A stretch of 64,000 nucleotides of DNA. It comes from Octopus vulgaris. Lineage: Eukaryota. The notes beneath the pieces were generated by a model, which did not search any database, was not told the DNA's origin, and worked only from the letters and a program-made list of their open reading frames with translations. The stretch spans positions 99,262,001 through 99,326,000 of the forward strand of contig OX597816.1 in the NCBI GenBank assembly GCA_951406725.2, in the 5' to 3' direction. Shown one piece after another: positions 1 through 11,325 of the stretch (its first letter is position 1; the number at the start of each line of letters is the position of its first letter). The position numbers and the translations under genes are program-made.

Positions 1-114
1 CATACATACATACATACATAAACATATATATATATATATATTTATATATGCCTTTGCGTGTGAGTATGTATGTGTGTATGTATATATGTATATGTGCATA
101 TATAAATATATACG

Positions 115-145
<31 letters not shown>

Positions 146-190
146 GTGTGTTTGTGTATGTAAATATGTGCATATATACATATATAGATA
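1..190. repeat. (CATA)n/(TA)n/(TG)n compound microsatellite
   Basis: Directly visible simple repeats. Confidence 0.9.
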
Positions 191-1982
191 TGTGCAGCTA
201 GACATCGAAGCGATATTCAGTACATAGATAAATTTATAAGTATGGCATATGTCATTGCACCACTATGAAATAGGCTTGCGGTATTAATGGATAGTCAGGC
301 CCATCTTGTTGTTTATAGATTATTTTTACACACCTTAGATACTATATCTTCGCTGTTCATATCTTTGAGAAAGTATGATCAGCAGAAAATACATTTCTCA
401 TTCTCTCTAAATGTCAATATATGATTCTACTTTGGATTGTTCAGCAGGATACCACAGCATTTTTTTTCTTATCATAATACACTATTACAATGCCGTAGCA
501 AGTCTGCTGTGAATACGAAACACTAATGTTTAAAATATGATACATGTTCCTATGTAAATAGGAAAAGAAAACATTTACATATTACCATATAACAGATGAG
601 GTATTAATTCAAATGCTTATCACAACTCCACACATAAAACATGATAATAAGCTGTTTATCACATTGCATACTATGAATATAATATATATATTCCTCATAT
701 TCTGCAAAAACTACATCAAGAAAGATTTATTTGTATGTTTGAGCATCTCTCCAATCAGTATATCCGACATCAGTAAGAAATTATGAAATCAGCTACGAAA
801 CACTTGTTCGTGCATAAAATATACTTCCTCACAGAATTTGAATTATTCAACATAAGGATTAACCAAACCACATTAGATCATACAGTCATAATATTGTTGT
901 CATTGCTTGATATATCCTCTGATGTCATAAACGTTTATTACGACTCCAATTTTTCAGACTATCAATCACATGATTTATATATGTATCTACCATACTACTT
1001 TTTGATAGGTCTGACCTCCAATAATCTTCAAGTGGTCGATATTTACGTAAGTAGTTGATTATATGTGCAGTAGATATTATGAAAACAGGCGGCATATGGT
1101 TATATCCTTTTATGTTATGAGTTCAAATCCCATGCAAGGTCGAAATGCATTTCCAATTCCAAGTTCAATAACCTAAATCCGAGTTGAAAGGAAACTAGAT
1201 ATTGGAGATCGATGTTATTGATAATACATTAGAAATCGTTACTCTACCATATTTTTCAAATATTTACCTAAACACATTTAGCGTTCCCAGCAGGTAAATC
1301 TTGAGAGAAACCATTAACAGTTAAAATCATCTTAAAATGAGGCTGGCCGTTTGATCATTTTAATACAACACTAAAATGTAGAAAGACACACATGTATTCA
1401 CTTTCATACACACATGCATACATATATTCTTACATATATACTTGCATATATATATATATATATGTTCGAGCACACTTGCCTATATGCTCCCGTATCTACG
1501 TATTTCTACTACAAGCATGTATATAGTATTCATGTATTATCAATAGCACAAATAGATGTAAATTTGTCATTTCTGAACATACGATTAAAGGGCAGATAAC
1601 TGTATGCATAATGATTGAAACCAGAAAATGAATACAACTAAGTGTTATCTGGCATACGTAAAATGTCGAACCCTCATATATGTATGGATGGATGGATGCA
1701 TGCATGCATGCATGCATGCATGTGGTTTAATGCTCTATTAAGGTAAGATCAACAAGATATCCCTTCCACTTTCTGCATCTACCTTCTTGTTTTTTTTCTC
1801 CTGTGGAAGCATCTTGTTCTTTAAATTGAATAGACCATGTGCTCAGAATCTGGAGACTGCTCGGATATAGAAGGAATGTCATAAAAACCTACTTCTATCC
1901 TCGTCTTCAATGCAAAAAACAAGAAATATATTAGTAGCTCTTATCTTTAAACTGTTTATATATATATATATATATATATACA

Positions 1983-2125
1983 CCACTGCACGACCCAAAA
2001 GTGACGATCTGGTACGCTGTTGGAAAACCAGCCGTCATTTTTGAAAACAATATTAGAAATGCTGTTACTGTGGAACTCCAAGTTTTACATCGGGATGATA
2101 AACAACTTCTTTGTGCCTGAATTGG
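1983..2125 (+). mobile_element. Tc1/mariner-superfamily transposase fragment (DD41D/rosa-like)
   Basis: Translates (with frameshift) as PLHDPKVTIWYAV...FEN...NAVTV...MINNFFVPEL, matching the PLHxxKVTVWC...FE...VTV...M..F..P.L motif. Confidence 0.6.
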
Positions 2126-2236
2126 ATCTACAGATGTAATACCCCTGCATATCTCACATCTATTTTCCTTCTTCTATTTCACTCTCTATTTTATATCTTA
2201 TCTAGAATAAATATTGCTTAATCATTTTCTCAAACC

Positions 2237-2284
2237 GTCTTCGATGAAGGGATATATAAAATTACTCGGAAACAGCTGTAAGAC
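2237..2284 (+). ncRNA. Degenerate minimal type I hammerhead ribozyme in a Penelope-like pLTR (~2140-2350)
   Basis: gtct-TCGATGA-agggatatataaaattactcg-GAAAC-agct-GTA-agac; stem I gtct/agac, palindromic stem III ACAGCTGT; core CUGAUGA altered to UCGAUGA. Confidence 0.6.
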
Positions 2285-2497
2285 ATTCTATTTATAAATG
2301 TTCTAAAATCTTTCACAGCCTTAGTCTTTTATCTCATTCTGAATTTTTTTATATATATACCCACGCTGATATATAGCCTACGTTGGTTTCAATATTCGCA
2401 TAATCACCGAACCTGGATCTTAACTATAGTCTGTCCATAGCACTTACTCAGCATTACCTGACACCTTTAGGTCTTATTGACACCATTACCTCTCATA

Positions 2498-2554
<57 letters not shown>

Positions 2555-2602
2555 CACACACACATACATACATACATAAATACATACATAACATACACAT
2601 AC

Positions 2603-3612
2603 ATTCGGTTATCCAATGAATAATACGGTTCTTTTATACTTATTTTATTTTTCAAAATCGAAATAAACAAAGTTCTTTTTTAATCTAATATATACTCTCC
2701 TTCATTTTCTACAATGCACTCCCATCCATCTGTAGACTTGCAACGTCTCTCTTCCAACATTCACTTGTTCCTGACGAAAAATACTCCTGTAGCATTGTTC
2801 TGACCTCGTCTACACAATTCATATTTTTTCAAATGATTTTGAAGACTTTGGAATACATGATAGTCAGACGGAGCAATGTCCGGCGAATATAGTGGGTGAG
2901 GAATCGTTTCGCATTCAAACTGCTCCAGCCTTTGGAATGTCATCTTTACTGTATGTGTGTGGCCGAGTATTTATCTTGATTGAACACCTTTCGTCTTGAA
3001 ACCAAAGAAGGTAGTTTTTCTTCGAACGCTAACTTAAGCTGCTCTCAGTAGATCACCTTCGTTATCGTTTGGTTTTAGTTTAAAGGTTCAAAGTCGACTG
3101 AACCTTTCATATCCCACCACATAAATAATAACACCTTACAATGGGGAAGACCGTCTTTAATGTAGAGTGCCAATGTTTCTCCTTTCCCTACCAACTGTCT
3201 TCGGCGCTTGACACTTTTATAGAGAACCTATTTCTTGTTACCAATCACTATTCGGTCCAAAAATTGTTCATTCGTGAGACGTGACAGCAAAGAAGAGTAT
3301 ACATTCACTCTCTGCGCACGATTAGAGTAGGAAAGTTTGTGAGGAACCCATTGATCCAATTTGCTGATTTTTTTTCTAGGCTATAGTTTCCGACTCAGAA
3401 TTTCAGGAACCACCGTTGACACTGGCTTAGGCTTATTGTCCGATTCCCATATATGGCATTAAGATACTTCGCATTTTCCGTTGCGCTGTTGCCTTTATTG
3501 AGCTCATAAAGCAAAATATTCCAAATATGCTCCTTTGTCACTTCCAATATAGCTTTGAAAAATAACTGTTAAAAGCGAACTGCATTCTTCAAAACACTTG
3601 CACTAAGAATAA
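2603..3612 (-). mobile_element. Dead mariner (DD34D) transposon, 5' end truncated
   Basis: Minus strand EVTKEHIWNILLYE.., WVPHKL (~3341-3350), IPHPLYSPDIAPSDYHVF, GEYILD*; stops and frameshifts; TIR-like end at ~2603. Confidence 0.9.
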
Positions 3613-4030
3613 GTATATCGTTTCCATATCCGCCTTCTTTCATTTTACAATTTACAATTACATTATGAATTCAAAAGGTAGAAATATCTTCCAGGCTAAA
3701 ATCGACATATTTCTTTACATCCTAATAGTTGATTGTTCCTTATAGACTAAGATAGCAGCATGCGTTTCGTTTGTATGTGTGAGTGTGTGTTAGCATTTTC
3801 TCCTTTAATCTCAATTGCCCTTTCGTGTCCTTTTTCTTTATGTATGTGTGTGCATCAGCTTATTTGTCTCTAGAAATTTTTCTACAAATAGACCTCTCCC
3901 TCTTGAATTCATAATACAATTGCTAATTGTAAAATGAATGAAGGTGGATATTGAAACGATCGTAGTTCTCATGTAATCGACAGTTACGTAAATATGTTGA
4001 TTTTGCTGTATTCAAATTCTCCAATTACTT
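3613..4030. mobile_element. Penelope-like pLTR remnant in inverted arrangement
   Basis: 3613-3678 is the reverse complement of ~3900-3962; right arm has an HHR-like ATGAAGG..GAAAC-GATC-GTA. Confidence 0.5.
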
Positions 4031-4257
4031 TATACTATACTACTAAACTTATATTCTCATATATCGAATCGGATGAAAACGTTTATTCTGGCTAATGGAA
4101 GTCCATAATGCGTATAGTACTAGTGTCTATTAAACAATTCTAATAAAAATACAGAGAAATAAAATCCAGCAAATTCACAGATATATGGATAAACCGGAGG
4201 AAGCTAGGATGTAAGACATCTCTAGAAAGAGTGATCTCTTTCATTACAAAACCTCAT

Positions 4258-4855
4258 ATATAACAAGGGTGGAGCTGTGGTCTGGCACGAAAACCTCTAC
4301 AAGGCTGAAGCTCCCCGCCAACTTCAAGACACCTCCTCCTATTACCCTCTGCCCTCCAACCCGACACCTACCTACCAACAAACTGTGTCCTCCACTATCC
4401 AAACCCTTTTCTCCTCCTTCCCTCTTCCCTCACCGCCTCCAGCTTCATTATCCGTAATCCTCGCAGCGCCGTTTCCAACAGTTCTGTCACCTTTGTCGAC
4501 ATTTCGGTCAACATACACAACTCCGCTCTCACTGCTTCCATCCACTACAAAGATACCCACTCACACTCATACCGCAACTCCTTCTCCTTCCACCCTACCC
4601 ACATCAAGCTCTCCATCCATCATTCCCAATTCTTCCATCTGCACAGACTCTGCAGTGACAACCACTAACTTTGAGATTCAGTCTCAAATCATGGTTCACC
4701 ACTTCATCCTTCGTGGATATCCGCTCACCGCTATCAACACCACCCTTGCCAGAGTACTTCTGTGGACCGTGTCCCTGCTCTCTCTCCCCGCACCCGCCCC
4801 ACCTTTGACCGACTCCTGTTTCCTCTCACCTACCACCTCTCCACCCTGCCCCTAA
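4258..4855 (+). mobile_element. Penelope-like element reverse transcriptase fragment (internally deleted)
   Basis: KGGAVVWHENLYKAEAPRQLQDTSSY and C-terminal SVHYK..HS..SQF..L.RLCSD..FEIQSQIMVHHFILRGYP motifs across frames; C-rich composition typical of PLE ORFs. Confidence 0.8.
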
Positions 4856-4859
4856 AGCA

Positions 4860-5185
4860 CTTAGGCTACATATGTTTCCTAGTTAGCAGATCCTCTGATG
4901 TAATAATTACTCGAGGAGTACTCAGCTAGCTACTCACGAGACCGAATAATTATATGGAAGTTACATTGTTATTAAGGAAATCAATATTAACTCGCCGAAG
5001 ATATAATTTCAAAAATTTCCAAATTTTTGAAATTATATCTTCGATATGTTAACTTTGGATTCCTAAACGACAATGTAACTTCTGTATAATTAAAATATTT
5101 TTGGTCTCGTGAGTAGCTAGCTGAATACCCCTCGAGTAATTATTACATCGGAGGATCTGCTAGCTAGAAAACATATGTACCCAAG
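4860..5185. repeat. ~325 bp foldback palindrome (MITE-like or hairpin-RNA source)
   Basis: Arms 4860-5018 and 5021-5185 are reverse complements; innermost 23 bp perfect, 2-nt loop CC at 5019-5020. Confidence 0.92.
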
Positions 5186-7040
5186 ATTTTACCTACTCCA
5201 CTCACTCAATTTGGATATTTATTCTCATTCATAGCAACTGAAGTTGCCAATCGTGAGCGATAAAACATGTTCTTTTTCAGCTTATCGATCTTCAACATGG
5301 GTAAAGCCTAAAACCCCGACACCAATAAATTGTTATTGTTCCAGAACGTGTTTTTATACCTACAACGGACTGCCTGAAACTTACAAACATTTTACTAACA
5401 GAGAATAGGTTCTAGAGAAGGAATATGAAAATATTAGTGCCTGTTTCTGCTTCCTGACTGGAAATAATTATTTCCAGTGAATTTCTTAATGCAAATTTCT
5501 TTAAATATGTTAGCTCTAACACAGTTACTTCAATAGTTCCCAAACTTAATTATCTTATTTGATGTGAAACATATTCACATTATAGTATACACTTAATATA
5601 TCATCAAAAATATTTTCTGAAATATTTTCTAAAAGATACAACTGAAATTTATTTTGTTATATGCTTATATCCTTCTTGAATCCAGAGTGCTACAATTTTT
5701 TTAAAAGTTTTAAAATATTTTCAAATTTTATCACTCTCGACTCCGAATGGCTACATTATATATAACGATAAGATTTATCATTTAAAAAAAGTAAAATGTT
5801 AATTGTCACATATATATTCAGTTTTTTATTAATATGTTTGAAGTTTCATTTTCATTTGCTATAAAATGTTTCTTTTACATATTTACAAATTTATCTTCGA
5901 AGAGTAGATCTGACACCCTTTCATTTTATTTTGCAGGAGTGATTGAGTCCTCAAGAACGCAATTTAAAGCATAAATAGAAAACGAAAAATATTGCAGTGA
6001 AGTGCAATATCCACTTCAGCGTCACCGTCATCGTCTGTTTCCACCATTTTAATATGAAGACGCAATGTCTTATACTTGGCGTGAATATTTGAATTAATAA
6101 GAAGGAATGTAAGTACGTTATCTTTATCCTTATACATGTTTATTTCTGTGCGTGCGTGCGTGCGAATTAATGTTTGTATTTTCAAATATTTACTTAAAAT
6201 ATTTAACCATCTCAACAGATACGCATAAATCTGACCCATTTACAATCAAATTCATCTCAGAATTATGCTGGCAGTATGAACTTTTTGACACAAAAAGGCA
6301 CGCTTGCATTTACACCCACACACATTCATCGAAATATATCTTACAGCATGCACGCTTGCATATATACATTAAACACTACACACTTCCTTAGCAAACGTGT
6401 ATATATTGCTTCTCTCTTATCAATTAGAAAGACAAACATAACGTTATCATTGGTGAACATAGAACTGAATGGTAAATGGCTATTTACATTCCTGATAACG
6501 TGAAATGTACGAATATAGGAACTTCATATCATTCTAATAATTATATTACACCTTATATATTTACTCGGTATATATTTGTACTTTTTACTTTGTTTAAAAT
6601 TTATACATTTGAATAACTAACAAAGCTTGCGAGGAAACTAAACTGGTCATAGTTTTCTTACGATTTAATTGCATTTGTTTCTTTTAAAATAATATTTATT
6701 GCTCTTCGAAAAAAACGTTTTTCTCGGTTTTGAATGACTTCATCAACCATTTTTCTAGGATAGTACACATGAGTTGTAGTGAATTTTATTCCATTTTCTT
6801 CATTATTTTAAATCAGTAACCTTTCAGGTTTCTTTACAAGTTCGAGAACTAACTGTCACATACATTTCTATACCTAAGAGAGGAGGAATTATGTACATTA
6901 TTTACATTCGACGGATATTTGTCCTCATCTTGGGAAAATTTCGAACCTGGGTCTCATTCCTAAGGTATTTTTGATGTTGTTGTTATTATTATTATTGTTG
7001 TTGTTGTTCTTGTTGTTGTTGTTGTTGTTCTTCTTCTTCT

Positions 7041-7113
7041 GGTCACTGCTCGGAATCGAACTCGGAATCTTGGGGTTAGTAGCCCGCGCTCTTAACCACT
7101 ACGTCATATGCCC
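7041..7113 (-). promoter_or_regulatory. tRNA-derived Pol III internal promoter (A and B boxes), SINE-like head
   Basis: Minus strand GGGCATA-TGACGTAGTGG-TTAAGAGCGCGGG-CTACTAA-CCCCAAGATTCC-GAGTTCGATTCC. Confidence 0.75.
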
Positions 7114-7284
7114 ACGGGGATATGGCGTAGTGATACCGAGTTCGATTCCATGCAGTGACCTGAACAATAATAATAATAATAATAACAACAATAATAATAA
7201 TAATAATAACAACAATAATAATAATAATAATAATAGCATCGACAAGACTTTAGGAATGAGAATCCAAGTTCGAAATTTCCCCAA

Positions 7285-7330
7285 CACACCTGAAGAAGGC
7301 TGGAGAGTATATCAGCTGAAACGTTTTGTT
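7285..7330 (+). ncRNA. Minimal type I hammerhead ribozyme motif (Penelope type), partly degenerate
   Basis: cacac-CTGAAGA-a-GGCTG-gagagtatat-CAGCT-GAAAC-GTT-ttgtt; intact catalytic core, palindromic ACGT stem III, mismatched stem I. Confidence 0.7.
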
Positions 7331-8434
7331 AACAACAAACAAGATTAGGACAAATATCCGTCGAATGTAAATAATGTAAATGTCACATGCTCTGAAAATA
7401 GAGAGTACAGTGGCTGGGAGTTGAGAGTCGTCTCGAGTTTTACCAAACATACATTGATAAAGAGTGGCACGTTAGGTTATATATGTTGTCATGGTTTATC
7501 ATCCAAAGTTTTATTCTCCATATTTCGTACTACCTTCCTCAAAAGCTCCGGATTTTGCTGAAGGTGGTGTGCATACATTGAAAACAATGCTATGAATATG
7601 CGAGTAAGTGAGGCATTTTATTTGCATCTGCTTAATTTCAACTTAGATACAAAGTTAATAGTCAATCAGCATTGATACAGTTAACTGAATGAATTCCAAT
7701 ATATCTCTCCAGGAATCTTTGACAAAAGAAGGAAAGATAATGTTGAATCAAGACGAATATTTCCTGGGGTCCTTTAGGGTTGAAACTAGATAATGTTATT
7801 CAATGGGAAGTCATATCATAACAGTTACGTCAGAGCTGGCCGTGCTTCTGAGGTGTCTTCCTGTTAGGAAAAATATCATCGATCCTTACTCGTTTACTAT
7901 GCAATTAAAAAAATATATAAGAAACCATAGTCTAATCAGGTAATTGTTAGATTAAAGAACTCTTAAAGTGGCTGCCATCCAACTTATAGGTAAGATTTAA
8001 GAGAGAAATTATTGACTTCCATAATAAGTGACATGACGGTAAACCTATCAGGTATTTCGAATGTGTGAATGGGTTGAAACCTCCTTTTGCATCTGAAAAA
8101 TGTCAGAGTAAACTTTTCTATTGTATGCAGATATTTTGGTATATTCAACAGATTGAAACATATGTACTTAGAAATGTAAAATAGCTATGCCTTTCATTTG
8201 GAAAACGAAGTTCCCAGTTTTCCTCCTATATTTTTTACGTTCAAACGAAACGTACATCTTTCGTTTAAATTCAGTGTCATTGGGAAAATATTTTATATCT
8301 GCATACGCTGCATTGGATGCATTCTCTTGAAAGTGATATAGTCTGTTTTTTATTGCCTTTTCTCTCCTACCCTTCTCTTTCATTTTCTCTTTTTTCTTTC
8401 TCACTTTCTCCCCCTCTCTCTAACTATATATGTA

Positions 8435-8477
<43 letters not shown>

Positions 8478-8559
8478 GTGTGTGTATGTATGTATGTGGT
8501 TATATATATATATATATATGAATAGAGGAAAATGTTCACAGATTGAAACAATCTCCAAA

Positions 8560-9400
8560 ACTTATAAACAACGTAAATCCTCACTCTTAATTCACAGTAG
8601 AGTTCAGCAATGATAAACTCCGCTTAGGAATTCTAATGAACAGAAGAAATACAACGATGAAAAGTGACGTGTCCATTATAGCTCACCGACCTATGGCAAT
8701 ACATCTTTACAACATTTCGCCCAAAACACACTCGAAACTACATTCCATTAGATCTAGCAAAACGAGTATTCACGATTACATCAAACCTGGAACAAGACAC
8801 AGAAGATTAAAGCAAATGAAAGTTACACTTATCAAATAAAAATACTCTATGAAAATTATTGAAATTAGAATTCAGAAAACCAATCAAATTAATATCCAAG
8901 AACATCGAGCAATAAAAGCCAAAAAGAAAAAAAATACTACTCTGTATATATTTCAAACTGTTAACATAAGGAACACCGATATTTTCACCAACATCTGTCT
9001 AAACATATCAATATTATTAAATGACGAAAAAATAAAATCGTCTTCGAAAAACATCTAGTTATAAAAGCTAGGCAAATAATATCACTAAAACGGATATTGA
9101 CCAATGAAAAGTTATATATACAAACGGCAAAATTAATGACACCGGCCAAACTACGGAGGATGTAGCTACGTATAGGAGGGTCCCGAATTGCTCTTCATAG
9201 AAGACCTTATCTTCAAAATTATAAACAATTTTTCCTGCAATTCGGACTACTTAATTTACATTATAACATGTAAAACTGTCAAGAACAATTCATTGTACGA
9301 GCGAGCACGCCAATCAGAAAGGAGAATGACGGTACTCCACTAACTATTCAGGCAACCATACACTAGAAAATTACCCCTGAGAAAACATATAGATAGTTGT
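8560..9400 (+). mobile_element. Highly decayed Penelope-like element (GIY-YIG endonuclease remnant)
   Basis: RPNYGGCSY.. linker then NFSCNSDYLIYIITCK/NCQEQFI (~9145-9300) resembling the PLE FxCxSxNxIYxIxCxxC..QYIG motif. Confidence 0.6.
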
Positions 9401-11079
9401 GGAAGGCAGGTCTTACCCAACTTATCTATTTTCCCTTTATACTCATGTAACAACTCAGCGTTTTGGTTTTACTATACTTTATTGGACTAGAAAGTATTCT
9501 TTTGTTTATGTGTGGTTAGAAAATGTGATTAAAACTTTAGTTTCATACGTTTTTATGAGTTATTCTTTTGAACTTTCAACCTTATAGGAAGCTTACTGTT
9601 GTTCAATACTATTCCTTGGTTTAATCTTTATATCACCACCTGTCTGTTTCCCATTTAGTTGTCTTATATCATATTTTTATATATTCTTTTATATATTTTT
9701 TAAAACTCTTTTTTTTACTTTAACAACTTTACTTCCTCTTTTTTTACCCCTCTTTGCTTTTGTAAACATTAAGGATGGTCAATTCCTTGAACTTCTGTCT
9801 AGCATCTTAATTTATATGAACTAAAACTAAAGATCTTTAGTTTTCCTGACCAAACCAAGTTAATTTTATCTAGTCTCGATCTTACACATATTGTATATAT
9901 AAAGAGAAAATGTGTGTATACTACGAATGGAATCGTCGGTGAAACCATTATATTATGTTGATATTATAAGCTAGTTTTCTGTATTTGCATTTCTTTATGA
10001 CTATACAATTGTATTATATAATGCATAGCAAGCATATTAGTACAAACATATAAGCATAATTTATTCAACCTTATACTTATTACAACATGAAGAAGGTTGT
10101 AAAACGGCCGTAATCCCTTAGGCATCAGATGGTTGAATAAATATATTCATGTCTCATACCTACTGACATTTTAAGGTCTATATACTTCTGGATTTCAGCT
10201 GCATGGACATTATATTACATTTCTCAATATTGAATTATTATGTGGTCTGCTAACCGGATCCTTTAGATGAGCTTTTTGTAATAGCCACACAATTTTCTGA
10301 ACCCATAGCGTATACGACAAATGTGTGTGTATAAATGTGTGGAGAGATTGAGATTGAGAGGGAGAGTGAGATATATGTAAATGTATGTGTGCATATGTGT
10401 GTCTGTATGTTATCTGTTTAGGAAAAAGAAAATAAATTCGACCGCAGTAGCGTTTCAAGCGAGATGAAACTTTATACTTAATTTATTTTCACTTGTCTCA
10501 AATATCTCCAGTGTTTATAAAACATAAATATGTTATTGATTTATTCTAAAATATTGATGACTTTATTGAAAATAACTTGGAGTTTCAAAAACACGAACCT
10601 AAGAATCATATAAAGATTATTGCTTTCGATTTTCACATACAACTCCGATAGTTTCCGAGATTAGTTAATCAAAATCCGTAAGAAATTGGCGAAACATTGA
10701 AATTTCGCTACATATAAAGAATATGATTAGGATGTGCGCGAATGTTTATGGGATGATGGACCAATAATTACTAAAAGGAAAGTCTTGCTTCATGAAAACA
10801 AATAAAAACTATTTCTGTTTGTTATTGCAAGTACAGATTCTTACAGCATAATCCTGTCAACTGAGAACATTGAAGTGCTTAGATAATTAGATAAATGTTT
10901 CAGAAAATATATAAATGTGTTCTGTAATATCTTATACGTTTTCGGATTAATAACAACATACTGCCAGTGTTGCAGTAGTAATATGCAAATCTATTAAAGA
11001 GGACTCCAGTTTCCTCAAAGACAACTTTAACTTATCTGCAAATTACCGGCTATTTTCTTTTTCACCAAAGGCACTTTCT

Positions 11080-11219
11080 ACTACTCTTCTTCTCCTTCTT
11101 CTTCTTCTTCTTCTTATTATTATTATTATTCTCCTCCTTCTACTTCCTCTTCTTTTTCCACCTCCTCCTCCTTCTTCTGCTGCTACAACAACGACAACCA
11201 CTACTACAACTACTGCTAT

Positions 11220-11259
<40 letters not shown>

Positions 11260-11325
11260 GCTACTGCAGCAGCAGCTGCTGCTACTACTACTACTGCTTC
11301 TGCAAAAATTATTACTGTTGTTGTT
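11080..11325. repeat. (CTT)/(ATT)/(ACT)/(GCT)n trinucleotide tract
   Basis: Directly visible; abuts the 3' end of an R4/Dong LINE. Confidence 0.9.

Larger units (their letters stand above)
6862..7380. mobile_element. Palindromic non-autonomous element: tRNA-derived head + (AAT/AAC)n + Penelope-type pLTR with HHR, head-to-head; TSD TGTCACAT
   Basis: Symmetry centre 7114-7115; 6891-6970 mirrors 7245-7381; TGTCACAT at 6854-6861 and 7381-7388. Confidence 0.85.
5281..10270 (+). pseudogene. Decayed exons of a putative MUC4-like (AMOP/vWD) gene
   Basis: Acceptors before 5281, 5937, 6828, ~10200; GTAAGT donors at 6109 and 7604; vWD-like words DAMSYTW.EYL, VSLQVR, LCGLL; in-frame stops. Family assignment is by eye. 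Confidence 0.4.

Noticed and set aside
7041-7113. Functional tRNA-Ser(ACT) gene
   Set aside because: Anticodon and acceptor stems pair poorly, and it is one arm of a repeat; better read as a tRNA-derived head
7556-7570. Selenocysteine C-U-x-x-C motif (TGC TGA AGG TGG TGT)
   Set aside because: The exon is disrupted by an insertion, the neighbouring exon has TAA stops, and no SECIS is evident
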